Positions 17,346 through 26,715 of a stretch of DNA of 64,000 nt are shown here, in pieces; position 1 is the first letter of the stretch; each line of letters opens with the position of its first letter. The position numbers were made by a program, and so were the translations under genes. A model generated the notes under the pieces. It had not been told where the DNA came from, ran no database searches, and saw nothing but the letters and a program-made list of their open reading frames with translations. Where the stretch lies: positions 1 through 64,000 of the IMG/VR virus record IMGVR_UViG_3300012007_000010; one strand, written 5' to 3'. Origin of the DNA: a virus (Duplodnaviria > Heunggongvirae > Uroviricota > Caudoviricetes).

Positions 17346-17537
17346 CTACATAGTACGGGTAATACATACAGCCGGTACGCTGGGATCCGTGCGCACCTCA
17401 TACTCCTTGTCCTCCAGTTTCATGTCGTGAACCTGCACCTTAACCGACTTTATCTTCTTCTTGTCAGCCAAGGTAAAGATACGCGACTGTCGGACTCGCA
17501 TACCTCTTAACTCTTCTTTGCTTACGGTTTCCTGCAT
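17346..17537 (-). CDS. small hypothetical protein (63 aa)
   Basis: First gene of the leftward operon, next to the switch region. Confidence 0.4.
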   Translation of the reverse strand: MQETVSKEELRGMRVRQSRIFTLADKKKIKSVKVQVHDMKLEDKEYEVRTDPSVPAVCITRTM

Positions 17538-17792
17538 AAAGGTCTTTTAAAATCTCTTAATTTTAGGCTTAAATATCTTAAAAACGGGAGAAAAGCCTTA
17601 CCTTTGCGGATGGTCTAATTTCGCAAGGCGACGCACGGCTTCCTTCTGAAAGGTGCTTCATCGCGTCTGCAGGCTCTCCTTGTACCCGTTGGAGAGTTAA
17701 TTAACTAACTCACGGTGCAAAAGTAAGCAAAATGAAGCAAAGTTGTGCGTTATCGAGCAAAGTATTAACGTAATTTAATAATAAGGCTTAAT
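17538..17792. promoter_or_regulatory. divergent intergenic switch region with three AGCAAA(G) repeats
   Basis: A 255-bp non-coding stretch between the leftward early operon and the rightward HTH gene. It contains taAGCAAAatgaAGCAAAGttgtgcgttatcgAGCAAAGtatt. Confidence 0.4.
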
Positions 17793-18323
17793 ATGACAAC
17801 AACTGAGATTTTCCTGAAGATGGTGTATTGGCTTGTGGACAATACCGAGATGAAGAACCCTACCGCAGTGGCTCGCAAGGCTGGTATCAATGCAGCAAAC
17901 GTAACTAAGATTAAGACTGGCAAGAACAAGTCGGTGCAGTACGAAACAATGGTGAAGCTGAACAATGCGTTCGGAAATGTATTCAATCCCGAATGGATGC
18001 GCGGCAAGAGCGACGTGATGCTGATGGCAGACGTTGCTCCACTTTGCTCGGATAAGCAGAATAGTTTTCCTAACAGTGATTCAGTAACAATCACCGCCCT
18101 CCTCGCCGCCAAGGACGAGACCATCGCCTCACTGAAGCGCGAACTCGCCGCCAAGGATGATGTCATTGCCGCAAAGGACGGCATCATCAGCACGAAGAAC
18201 AAGCTAATTGACACCCTCCAACAACAGAACGATGACCTGCGAATGCAAGTCGCCTCGGGAAAGGGGTTCCGCTCTGGCCATTCCCCTTCGGCAGCTGCTG
18301 AACGCGAGCCCGCTCACCCATGA
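17793..18323 (+). CDS. XRE-family HTH transcriptional regulator, repressor-like (176 aa)
   Basis: N-terminal HTH (NPTAVARKAGINAANVTKIKTGKNKSVQYETMVKLNNAF) followed by a coiled-coil dimerisation-like region. Transcribed divergently from the early operon. Confidence 0.6.
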   Translation: MTTTEIFLKMVYWLVDNTEMKNPTAVARKAGINAANVTKIKTGKNKSVQYETMVKLNNAFGNVFNPEWMRGKSDVMLMADVAPLCSDKQNSFPNSDSVTITALLAAKDETIASLKRELAAKDDVIAAKDGIISTKNKLIDTLQQQNDDLRMQVASGKGFRSGHSPSAAAEREPAHP

Positions 18324-18466
18324 TTATTGGACACGTAAGGGACCGCTACCTCATGGCGGTCTTTTTCTTCTACGCAAAGAAGAAATCGCCTCGACTGCTT
18401 GGCGGTTCGCAATATTATGCTTATCTTTGCCACCGCTACGACAAACTTTTAAAAAAGCTACACACA

Positions 18467-19264
18467 ATGAAACAGGTATTATTCATGGTAGTGATTGCCG
18501 CAGGCATGCTGCTGGCAGGTTGCTCGAAAGACGAAAGTGACATGGGAACTATAAACAATACGGAACAGCAGACGCTGACAAAGGAGCAGATAGTAGGCGT
18601 GTGGCGTAGCGGCGACTACTGGGTGTCGTTCTCGGAGGATGGGTTTATGTGTGGTTATCTCAGCGAGAAGTGTATTTCAATGGGATATTACGATATTTCC
18701 GAGAAAGATATTGTCGTTACAGATAACTTTTGCGAGAACAACATGACAACATTCAATATTCTATCTGTTTCGGCTGACTCGTTTAGCTGCAATGTCAAGT
18801 GCAGTGAGATTGAAGTACAATCGCTAACTGTTGCAGAAGAGCTGGTCTACAAAGAAATTATTTCTAATAAAGAAGCTCAATTAGAAATGACATTTGTCAA
18901 AACGGCGGAAATTCCGACGATACAGGATAATTCAATTACAGGAAAGTCTTTTGAATATTATTGTAATTATACCTACATGTATGGCCAAAAGCCATCTGTT
19001 AGGTGTCTTAATAAGGGGAAAATTGATAAGAATGGTACAATTTTGAGAGAGATTACAAAACTCTCAGACGAGGGTGCTCTTCAAAGACCGTTTACGGTAC
19101 ACATGGAGGACCGCTATGTTTTACTATTACCATACATCTATTTTATAGAACTGCACAATGACGAGGACTATAATACAGATATCTCTTTCTTTGAATTAAA
19201 CACATACACAGTACAGAGAAGAAAAGTGACTTTTGTCTCTAATGAAAGTGTTTTGTTAGAATAG
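18467..19264 (+). CDS. lipoprotein, low-GC moron (265 aa from the internal Met)
   Basis: MKQVLFMVVIAAGMLLAGCSKDE is a signal peptide plus LAGC lipobox. The gene body is ~40% GC against ~58% in the flanks. The ORF-track start at 18320 lies upstream of the signal peptide. Confidence 0.65.
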   Translation: MKQVLFMVVIAAGMLLAGCSKDESDMGTINNTEQQTLTKEQIVGVWRSGDYWVSFSEDGFMCGYLSEKCISMGYYDISEKDIVVTDNFCENNMTTFNILSVSADSFSCNVKCSEIEVQSLTVAEELVYKEIISNKEAQLEMTFVKTAEIPTIQDNSITGKSFEYYCNYTYMYGQKPSVRCLNKGKIDKNGTILREITKLSDEGALQRPFTVHMEDRYVLLLPYIYFIELHNDEDYNTDISFFELNTYTVQRRKVTFVSNESVLLE

Positions 19265-19283
19265 AGAGTCAGAAGAATTATTC

Positions 19284-22200
19284 TTACTCTGCGACGGCCA
19301 TCTTAGCATTAACTTCCAATTCCCAAGCAACCCCCTCGTAATGATATCCGTCAGATTCATTCATATATGGTTTGCACACCAGCGAAAACATATAACCAGG
19401 TAATACCAGTCTGTCATTACCTGCAAAAACAACCACTCTGTACTCACTATTATTGTAAATAATCATACGATTCCCAATAAGAGATCTTGCTTCATCTAAT
19501 TGGTCCTCAGTGTATCCAGCACTTCTCGGAGTGAAACTTGGTAGTTCAAATATAACAGGACCTTGTAATCTTTCAAACTCTAAAAATGTTCCTGATTTTA
19601 TTATATCTATAACATTGGTAACTCCAGAATCAAGAGAGGTAATGGCATATTGATCAATATTATCTGCGGTTATAACCGTTTTTCTTTTTCTTAATACACC
19701 GCTAAATTCTCCGCTTGTGGCATGTACCTCACCGCGTATATACGCATCATTCTGATACGTCTTTCCCGTGAGCAGGTTGACGGCATAGTGAGGGATGAAG
19801 TTGTGGTGGTCGGCACCCCATTGGCTACCGTCCGACTGCGGCTTGCCTGCGTGATCCTCGTTGGGATAGGCAGGGTCGAACCAGAAGTAAGTGGGCTTTG
19901 TCTCGCTGCCGTTGGTATATGTGGCAGGGTCTGTGTACTTTCCTTCGTAAGCAGTGCCGTTGATGGTGCCATGCACGGAGATGAGCCAGTCGCCGCTGAC
20001 GACGGCTGCACCGAACTGCGCGAAATCGGCAAAGAGATAGCGGGCGCGGACGAGGTTGTACTGGCTCATGCCCAGCACCCAAACGGGTTTCCCGTCAATC
20101 ACGATGCCATCGGTGGGGCCGATGGCACTCTGTGCGGTGCCGTCTGGCCAGTTGCTCTCAGCATTGAGGTAGTAGATGTCGGTGGTATCGTTGGTGCCGC
20201 TCACCTCCACGGCCACCGTCTGACTGTCGTTGCTGGTATATTCTACGTCTTCACGATATTCGCCGGCCATGTAGCATAGCTTACCCATTGCGCCGACGGC
20301 TCCAGTCAGGCAGATGTAGGAGGTCTTGTCGTTCACGCCTGCTGCCGTGTAGTGCATGATGCGCTCCCAAACGTAGGGGTGTGTTGGCTTCGGGTCGGGA
20401 GCCGACTGGAGCCAGCGCACGCCGTTCACCTGATAGAGATCGCCGTCGGCATGGCTGGTGCGGCTTCGGCTCAGAGCATAGGCATGCTCGTTGTAGGGGG
20501 CATTGTCGCCCTTCAGGTCGTCCTCATGTGCCATGTAGGCCGTAGCCACGCGGCCTTCTTCCAACTTGGGCATGCAGATGCAGGCGATAGAATGATTGCC
20601 TGTGCCGCTGTCGAAGGCCTGGTAGAATTGCAGATTGAGTGTCTCGGTGCTTATGCTGTTGTTAGTCAAGAAAGTGATGGTATGCCGTTTTCCATCCCAG
20701 TCGCCTGTAATCAGAACGTCATTAAATCCGTCATTGCTTACCTGATAATCCTCGCCATCAAGTATCACCTTTAAATCGTTGCCGAAAATGTTGGTACGAG
20801 TTCCGTCGAATAGGTTAAGAAAAGAGACGACAAGCCGCCCTCCGCCATTCGCAAGAAAGGCGTTAAACGACAATGTGTACCAAGTGTTGGCTTTTAACTT
20901 ACCTATCAGATTCTGGGAAATACTCGTATCTGCCCCGTTGTCCTTAGCGTTCAGCCGGATTGACTTCCGCCCGTTGACAACTGTGTCGGAATTGGTGTCG
21001 ATTGTGACATAGGTATCGCTGTTACTGTACCATGCCTCCAACACGAAAGGCATGCCACGATCGAAGATGGTGCGCAACAGGATGTTCGTATTGACCTCCT
21101 GCGCATCGTCGCCCTTTGGACCGGTGTCGCCGTCCTTAACGACTGTTATCTGCGGTGCTTCCTTCAGGACGGCACCTTCGCCGTCAACGAGTCTCAGTGC
21201 GATGCCGTCGGCGGCTGTGCGTACAGATGCAGCCGGGATGCCATACGCCATTCTAAGCATACCGTCTTCCTCGACTCTTAACCTCTCGCAGCTCCTCCAT
21301 GCTTTCCCGTCAATGCTGAATTTGACTTCATGCGCCGGGCTTCCGTCTAAATGCGCAATAAACAATATTTCTGTCCGCTTAGCCCCCGTGATAGAGAAAG
21401 CCCTGACTTCGATGTCGCCCGTCTCAATCGTCCCGTCGGCCTTGGCGTTGATGACACTTACACTTGTAACAATGTCATAAGTGACGGCATCCTCGGCATA
21501 GCGGTTGTGAATGACGGGTGCGTGGAATGTGCCCCAGCGGTGGTTCTCGTCGTCGTAGTCGCGCCAAGACTCCCACTCCACGTCGCCCGGCTTCGACACG
21601 CCCGTAGGGTCGTCGCTCCAGCCGGAGGGCACAAAGTCGTCAACAAGCAGGCAGTTGTCCACGCCGTCGGTCTGTCCGCTGACAGCCGTTCCGCCAGCCG
21701 TACCGGTGGTGGCATCGTAGCCTGTGTTGCTGTTTAGGCGGTAGATCCATTCGCGTATCTTCGAGTCCTCTCCATCGCGGACGAAGGCGATGGTGGCGCG
21801 AGAGAGTTCCTTCTCTGCTACAGTCTTGCCGTCGGCAGTGATGCGGCGCATGAGCCTCACGTTCACGCTCTGTTGTAAGGCAAAAGCCGTCGTAGCGATG
21901 TTGGCCGTGGCAGCTTCCTGCGATGAATCGCTGAAGGTGAGCTTCGTCCACTGAGTTGAGCCGACGGGAGCATATTCAGCCTCGAGCGAGGCATTGGCTA
22001 TCTGCCCCAGCGTCATGTCGAACACCTCGCCGCGCTGGTCGGTGCCCCGTATGCCCACGTTTACGCCGCCGTCAGGGCTGTAGTTCTGCGTCTGTGGATC
22101 ATAGCTGACGATAGTCTCTGACAGCGACAACTCATATTTCTCAATGGTTTCAGCCAGAATGGTGATAATGGATGATTTAAGTATAAGGTATGGAGGAAGA

Positions 22201-23063
22201 TCAGAACCTTCTTCATACTCAGGATTGGCTTCCATTGCCATGATAGTAAACGTGGCGGCTACGGCTCCGTTGAAATCGTCTTCGTCGCGTTTGTGTTTCA
22301 GGATAATTTCTCCCGACGTACTGAATGTATTTGCACGGATGTCCCCTTCGAGCCAGTTGCGGTTCTCGTGCGGATCATTGTCTGTCTTACGGCTAATCTC
22401 CCAGTGGTCAAAGCGTTGTATGTCGGTTCCAGTCCAACCCTCTGTAATCGTGGCGGTGAGCACAAGCTGCTGATCCCAGTAGACATAAGGGCTCGTACCA
22501 ACATCCTCATCGTTGATGGTGCAGCCAAGGTCAATTCGCAGCGGCAGCTCATCCGGACGGAGTGACCATTCGTCGTTGAACTGGTCGGTACCCAGTATGC
22601 CGGTGTCGAGCGTGACAGTGCGCTGGTTGTTGGCATCGGGTAGTGACACGTCGCCAAGGCGGACGTAAAAGTAATTAATGTTCGTGACCCCCACGGGATT
22701 CCCGAACTGGTCTAAGTAAAGAGTACTATACCCGTCAACCGAAACACTTGAGTAAGCATCTGCCCAGTTGTGGGCTTCATCCTTTTTCACAAACACCAAG
22801 TACCCGTTAGTTCGGTCTTCCCTTGATAGCCGGGCATAGATGGTGTAGGGCTTGGTCCAGTCGGCCAGGCGGCGGTTGCGCCCGGTGAGCGTCCATTCCT
22901 GATATTCGCCATCAGTCGTCTTGTCTATTCCAGCACGGGGCGAATAGACCTTGATTTTTGCATTCCGGCTGATAGTGACGGCCAGGTCACTCGATGTGCC
23001 GTTGCAGTTGGGCTCAATGCTGATGGCCGATGGGGCTATGTAGTGGACAGGGGATGTACGCAT
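19284..23063 (-). CDS. large tail fibre / host-specificity protein (~1260 aa; ORF extends to 23129)
   Basis: A 1281-aa ORF with beta-rich, Gly/Thr/Asp-rich composition and a GDTGPKGDD collagen-like tripeptide run. The last ~140 codons (19284-~19700) are low-GC. The second Met (MRTSPVHY, 23061-23063) is preferred as the start because the late-promoter motif and the shared AAAAGGCGATAT context lie just upstream of it. Confidence 0.65.
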   Translation of the reverse strand: MRTSPVHYIAPSAISIEPNCNGTSSDLAVTISRNAKIKVYSPRAGIDKTTDGEYQEWTLTGRNRRLADWTKPYTIYARLSREDRTNGYLVFVKKDEAHNWADAYSSVSVDGYSTLYLDQFGNPVGVTNINYFYVRLGDVSLPDANNQRTVTLDTGILGTDQFNDEWSLRPDELPLRIDLGCTINDEDVGTSPYVYWDQQLVLTATITEGWTGTDIQRFDHWEISRKTDNDPHENRNWLEGDIRANTFSTSGEIILKHKRDEDDFNGAVAATFTIMAMEANPEYEEGSDLPPYLILKSSIITILAETIEKYELSLSETIVSYDPQTQNYSPDGGVNVGIRGTDQRGEVFDMTLGQIANASLEAEYAPVGSTQWTKLTFSDSSQEAATANIATTAFALQQSVNVRLMRRITADGKTVAEKELSRATIAFVRDGEDSKIREWIYRLNSNTGYDATTGTAGGTAVSGQTDGVDNCLLVDDFVPSGWSDDPTGVSKPGDVEWESWRDYDDENHRWGTFHAPVIHNRYAEDAVTYDIVTSVSVINAKADGTIETGDIEVRAFSITGAKRTEILFIAHLDGSPAHEVKFSIDGKAWRSCERLRVEEDGMLRMAYGIPAASVRTAADGIALRLVDGEGAVLKEAPQITVVKDGDTGPKGDDAQEVNTNILLRTIFDRGMPFVLEAWYSNSDTYVTIDTNSDTVVNGRKSIRLNAKDNGADTSISQNLIGKLKANTWYTLSFNAFLANGGGRLVVSFLNLFDGTRTNIFGNDLKVILDGEDYQVSNDGFNDVLITGDWDGKRHTITFLTNNSISTETLNLQFYQAFDSGTGNHSIACICMPKLEEGRVATAYMAHEDDLKGDNAPYNEHAYALSRSRTSHADGDLYQVNGVRWLQSAPDPKPTHPYVWERIMHYTAAGVNDKTSYICLTGAVGAMGKLCYMAGEYREDVEYTSNDSQTVAVEVSGTNDTTDIYYLNAESNWPDGTAQSAIGPTDGIVIDGKPVWVLGMSQYNLVRARYLFADFAQFGAAVVSGDWLISVHGTINGTAYEGKYTDPATYTNGSETKPTYFWFDPAYPNEDHAGKPQSDGSQWGADHHNFIPHYAVNLLTGKTYQNDAYIRGEVHATSGEFSGVLRKRKTVITADNIDQYAITSLDSGVTNVIDIIKSGTFLEFERLQGPVIFELPSFTPRSAGYTEDQLDEARSLIGNRMIIYNNSEYRVVVFAGNDRLVLPGYMFSLVCKPYMNESDGYHYEGVAWELEVNAKMAVAE

Positions 23064-23090
23064 GATTCTGATATCGCCTTTTTTTTGCAC

Positions 23091-23126
23091 ATTATATATA
23101 TTATACGGCACTGAGGTCAAGGGCAA
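23091..23126 (-). promoter_or_regulatory. late-promoter motif copy (TTGCCCTTGACC-N18-TATAAT) for the 1281-aa gene
   Basis: Minus-strand reading TTGCCCTTGACC tcagtgccgtataatata TATAAT. It is arranged as a palindrome with the plus-strand copy. Confidence 0.5.
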
Positions 23127-23138
23127 CACTCCTGCTTA

Positions 23139-23173
23139 TTGCCCTTGATGTTCGCTTTCTGTTCAGCGATATT
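23139..23173 (+). promoter_or_regulatory. late-promoter motif copy (TTGCCCTTGAT-N18-GATATT) for the 1163-aa gene
   Basis: ttgcccttgat gttcgctttctgttcagc gatatt, ~40 bp upstream of the ATG at 23213. Confidence 0.5.
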
Positions 23174-23212
23174 GTGATAGCAAATAAAAAATAAAAGGCG
23201 ATATACGATATT

Positions 23213-26200
23213 ATGGGACATTTAGCACTGGAAGTATTCGATTTGCCAACTAATGAGAATCCGAAGCCGACGGGCAGTAAGTATGCTGTGCTGTCAGAGA
23301 ACGCGAGTATCACCATCACCGACACGTCGGAGATATTCGGAAGTGGTGATGTTTGGTCATTTCCGTTCAAGCTTAACGTCAATGCCAATGCGCACATCTT
23401 CGGCACGGCGGGCGAGACGCACGGCTCGCGGCTGCACGAGCAGATAGATAAGCGCCGCGCCCGGCTATGGGTGGATGGCCTGCCGCTCTATCTCGGTTAT
23501 CTGAAACTCGGCGACGAAGCGGATGTGGACGCGAGTGGCGACGTGGATGTCAGCTTAGAGGCGGGAAGAAAAACTTTCGACGAGATGATAGAAGGGGCGA
23601 GTGCAAGAGATGTGAGCGTCGGCGACGTGGTGATAGGCGTGGCTCTGAACAGGAAACGCGTCATAACAATTAGTGACATTAACGTGAAATTTCGGCTCAA
23701 GAACTTACCTATAGACGATGTTAACGTAAGAAACGCCGTTGAAAGTTATATTTTCGAGCTCTCGGCAGGGGATTACGAATATCATTCCGCTCTTTCGCAT
23801 AGATGGCCAAAATTGGTGCTGTCAAAAGGCGAACTGACAGACTACACATCTGGAACAGGGGTTCCCGTTTCTTTTAATAAGACCAACATACAAAATCCTT
23901 ATGATGATAGTCACCCGTTTTGCAATGTCAACGTATGCTATCAGCGTAAACGGCAGAATGCGGATCTTAGTGAGACTACATTGCGCGACTATGTTATGCG
24001 ACTTGCCTATGGAAATGACACAACTACTGGTGGCGATGGACAAACACGTTTCAATAATGCACCAAATTTCTATCTTCTCTATTGGTTGAAGCGACTGTTC
24101 ATGGACCTTCATATTCAAGTCGTAGAAAATCAGATGCTCAACGTAGAAGACTTCCGACATGTATTTCTTGCCAATCTTGGCTGTTTTTACGAAGAGATGG
24201 ATAATGACAACGATACGACGGACAACTACTCGCAAGATAGTGCCGAATGGAAGAGGTATGGGAAATATTCCTTCCCTGATAGTTTTATTCTTGACCCAGA
24301 CAAGATATTTGCAGATGAACCAGGAAAAATCTATGTAAACAGCATTGATATAGAATCCGATATGTTTACTGAACATTTCCACGGAACTTATCATGGACAA
24401 ACGGGAGAGGTCACAGAAGTAACACAAACAATAAGGACAGAACCTATTAATGGATATCTTGCCTACGCAACAGGCGAGAATTATCCAAATGTGGAAATCT
24501 CGGAGATCATCGAGGCAACGGAGTCCGCATTTGGAGTAAGATTTCTTTTCAACAATGATTTCTCAGAAGTGCGCATAGTCCTGATAAGGAATATCTTAAC
24601 AAACAGAGCTGTAAAGGATTTGGACTGCGACATTATCGAAGAAACAAAAATAGAGAATAATATACGTGGGTTTAAGATGACTTACGGCCAAGGGAAAAGC
24701 AATGTTTCTTATTTTTACAAAGGGTTCGATGATATGCTCCCGAAGAAAAAAGTAATCTGGAAAGACAAAAGTGACAAACATGACTACTCGAATTGGAATC
24801 TAACTGCAAACTACAATGATGTAATAAACAATGTAACCGCTTTCGATAAGACATGCTATGTGACGCCGGATAACGGAAACGCATACGGCATAATGATTGA
24901 TGAAAAAGAAGATGTCTTTTTCCCCGCTGTCTTTGAATTTGCAGGATTCATGGATGCCTGCGATGGAGACTGTACTGAAGAAGGCACTACCATAGACACA
25001 AAGACGATCAATGCAACGCCTCTTATACCTAATAATATTAATGGTGATTATGCGGTTTTCTTTAATGGAGAGATGAAAGCACCTGGTGGGAAACATGAAG
25101 TAGCGGCCATGATTCCAATTAAATCTGTTGAATTAATACATGGATATAAACGTGTTTATAAAGGAACTGAACCCAGTGGCTGGGTTTCATTATGGGATGG
25201 TTACTATTTAGACTTGAAAAACGTAGAGATATATGTTAAAGAGGGATATTCATTGTCCCTCATGGATAACTATAGTTTCACAGGCAACGAAGGTACTCCA
25301 TTCGACAATGCCGACTTAGGGCTAAGCTTTGGGGTTATGCGTAGAGACGGAAGGAACTCTTCAATCATAAGCTATGAAGATCTGATCGAGGGAGAGGGAA
25401 ACTTTAACTGGGAGGTATCTCCGGACGGTGGTGCTATCATTCATCCCGATACCTGCGACAGTTATGGCAATGAATGGTATTATCACCCTGAGGAATCAGC
25501 AACAACTCTCACCGTCACAAGTCGAGAGGATGCTGTAAGGCTGTTAGAAAAAATGTTCCCAAGACGCAATGCACAATTTTATACGCCAGAACGAGGATAT
25601 ATAACCGGCTGTAATACACATGAATTATATGACTATGATGCTAATAGGGCATTCTATGCGATTACAGCCTGGTATCAATATTATCCCGTTACAGATCAAG
25701 ATATGGCAGATTGGTTATGGGAGATCACAATACTAAATAAAGATACACCGTTCTTTGCAATAAGAAGCATTGAAGCAGCCTATGAAGAAGATCGGAAACG
25801 GTGTAACATACTATTGGATTGTGGCTATGATGTTGATATTTCCCCAGGAAGAATAAAAACCATAGAAGATCTATTTAGAAAAGCCTATGGTCCTGATTCA
25901 CAAGAAGAGCATCCCATCATCATCGACAACGGTATAAGTGCGAGGTACGGGCGATTCTCACTCAAGCTACGGGCAGAGAAGCTGAACCCGTATTTCGACC
26001 CTTCTTTGCCAGATATCATTTCCACTAAAGATGCTGCAGGAAGAGCGATGAAAAGCATTTTCATAACAGCAAACACAGATTTGCTTTCTCGGCCAAGGAT
26101 CAGTGGCGCTGAGATGAAAGCTGCTGGATGGAACGATTTTGCCGATGGTGACTATGCCACGCTGTACAGTACGAGCTATTCGGTTTATTATGATACAGGT

Positions 26201-26704
26201 AAGGTGCATGAAATACTTTTTACCCCTATTCGCGAGGATGGAACGGTGCTTTCGCCAAGTCAACTCCAGAATTACGCTGTCGGATTTAATGGGCTGTCGG
26301 CTCATTCTATAGCTGCCAATGACACACAACATCTGGTACTCGACATAGACACTAATGACTCACGGGCGGAAATTCTGCATCAGCTTCAGGCAATCTATTA
26401 TGCCGCAGATGGAGAAATAGTTCCTACAGTAGATATAGGTAACACACGATATCTTAGTATCACTAATCCGAATCTGCGCAATCGTGGACTTTGCGATCAG
26501 TTCTACAAAGAATACTCATACTTGATACGTAATGGCCGTATTTGTAGAAAAAAGGTACGAATGGAGCTGGCTGTTCTGCTTTCCATAGACAAGACAAATC
26601 TTTATTGCGTCGGTGATATAACTGGATATATCCGCAAGATACAGTACACAGTAAGCAACAATACAGGACTTAATGATGTGACATTGGATATTATATATAT
26701 TTAA
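23213..26704 (+). CDS. large tail fibre-like protein (1163 aa) with a low-GC C-terminal ~1000 aa
   Basis: Long ORF. GC drops sharply from ~55% to ~40% at ~23650. The embedded antisense ORFs are AT-frame artefacts. Confidence 0.65.
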   Translation: MGHLALEVFDLPTNENPKPTGSKYAVLSENASITITDTSEIFGSGDVWSFPFKLNVNANAHIFGTAGETHGSRLHEQIDKRRARLWVDGLPLYLGYLKLGDEADVDASGDVDVSLEAGRKTFDEMIEGASARDVSVGDVVIGVALNRKRVITISDINVKFRLKNLPIDDVNVRNAVESYIFELSAGDYEYHSALSHRWPKLVLSKGELTDYTSGTGVPVSFNKTNIQNPYDDSHPFCNVNVCYQRKRQNADLSETTLRDYVMRLAYGNDTTTGGDGQTRFNNAPNFYLLYWLKRLFMDLHIQVVENQMLNVEDFRHVFLANLGCFYEEMDNDNDTTDNYSQDSAEWKRYGKYSFPDSFILDPDKIFADEPGKIYVNSIDIESDMFTEHFHGTYHGQTGEVTEVTQTIRTEPINGYLAYATGENYPNVEISEIIEATESAFGVRFLFNNDFSEVRIVLIRNILTNRAVKDLDCDIIEETKIENNIRGFKMTYGQGKSNVSYFYKGFDDMLPKKKVIWKDKSDKHDYSNWNLTANYNDVINNVTAFDKTCYVTPDNGNAYGIMIDEKEDVFFPAVFEFAGFMDACDGDCTEEGTTIDTKTINATPLIPNNINGDYAVFFNGEMKAPGGKHEVAAMIPIKSVELIHGYKRVYKGTEPSGWVSLWDGYYLDLKNVEIYVKEGYSLSLMDNYSFTGNEGTPFDNADLGLSFGVMRRDGRNSSIISYEDLIEGEGNFNWEVSPDGGAIIHPDTCDSYGNEWYYHPEESATTLTVTSREDAVRLLEKMFPRRNAQFYTPERGYITGCNTHELYDYDANRAFYAITAWYQYYPVTDQDMADWLWEITILNKDTPFFAIRSIEAAYEEDRKRCNILLDCGYDVDISPGRIKTIEDLFRKAYGPDSQEEHPIIIDNGISARYGRFSLKLRAEKLNPYFDPSLPDIISTKDAAGRAMKSIFITANTDLLSRPRISGAEMKAAGWNDFADGDYATLYSTSYSVYYDTGKVHEILFTPIREDGTVLSPSQLQNYAVGFNGLSAHSIAANDTQHLVLDIDTNDSRAEILHQLQAIYYAADGEIVPTVDIGNTRYLSITNPNLRNRGLCDQFYKEYSYLIRNGRICRKKVRMELAVLLSIDKTNLYCVGDITGYIRKIQYTVSNNTGLNDVTLDIIYI

Positions 26705-26715
26705 AGAAAATCACT

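Noticed and set aside
23822-26332. Minus-strand ORFs inside the low-GC fibre body (23822..24427, 24800..25096, 25967..26332)
   Set aside because: AT-rich antisense frames with Ile/Phe/Leu/Lys/Cys-heavy composition. They are fully nested in the 1163-aa ORF.
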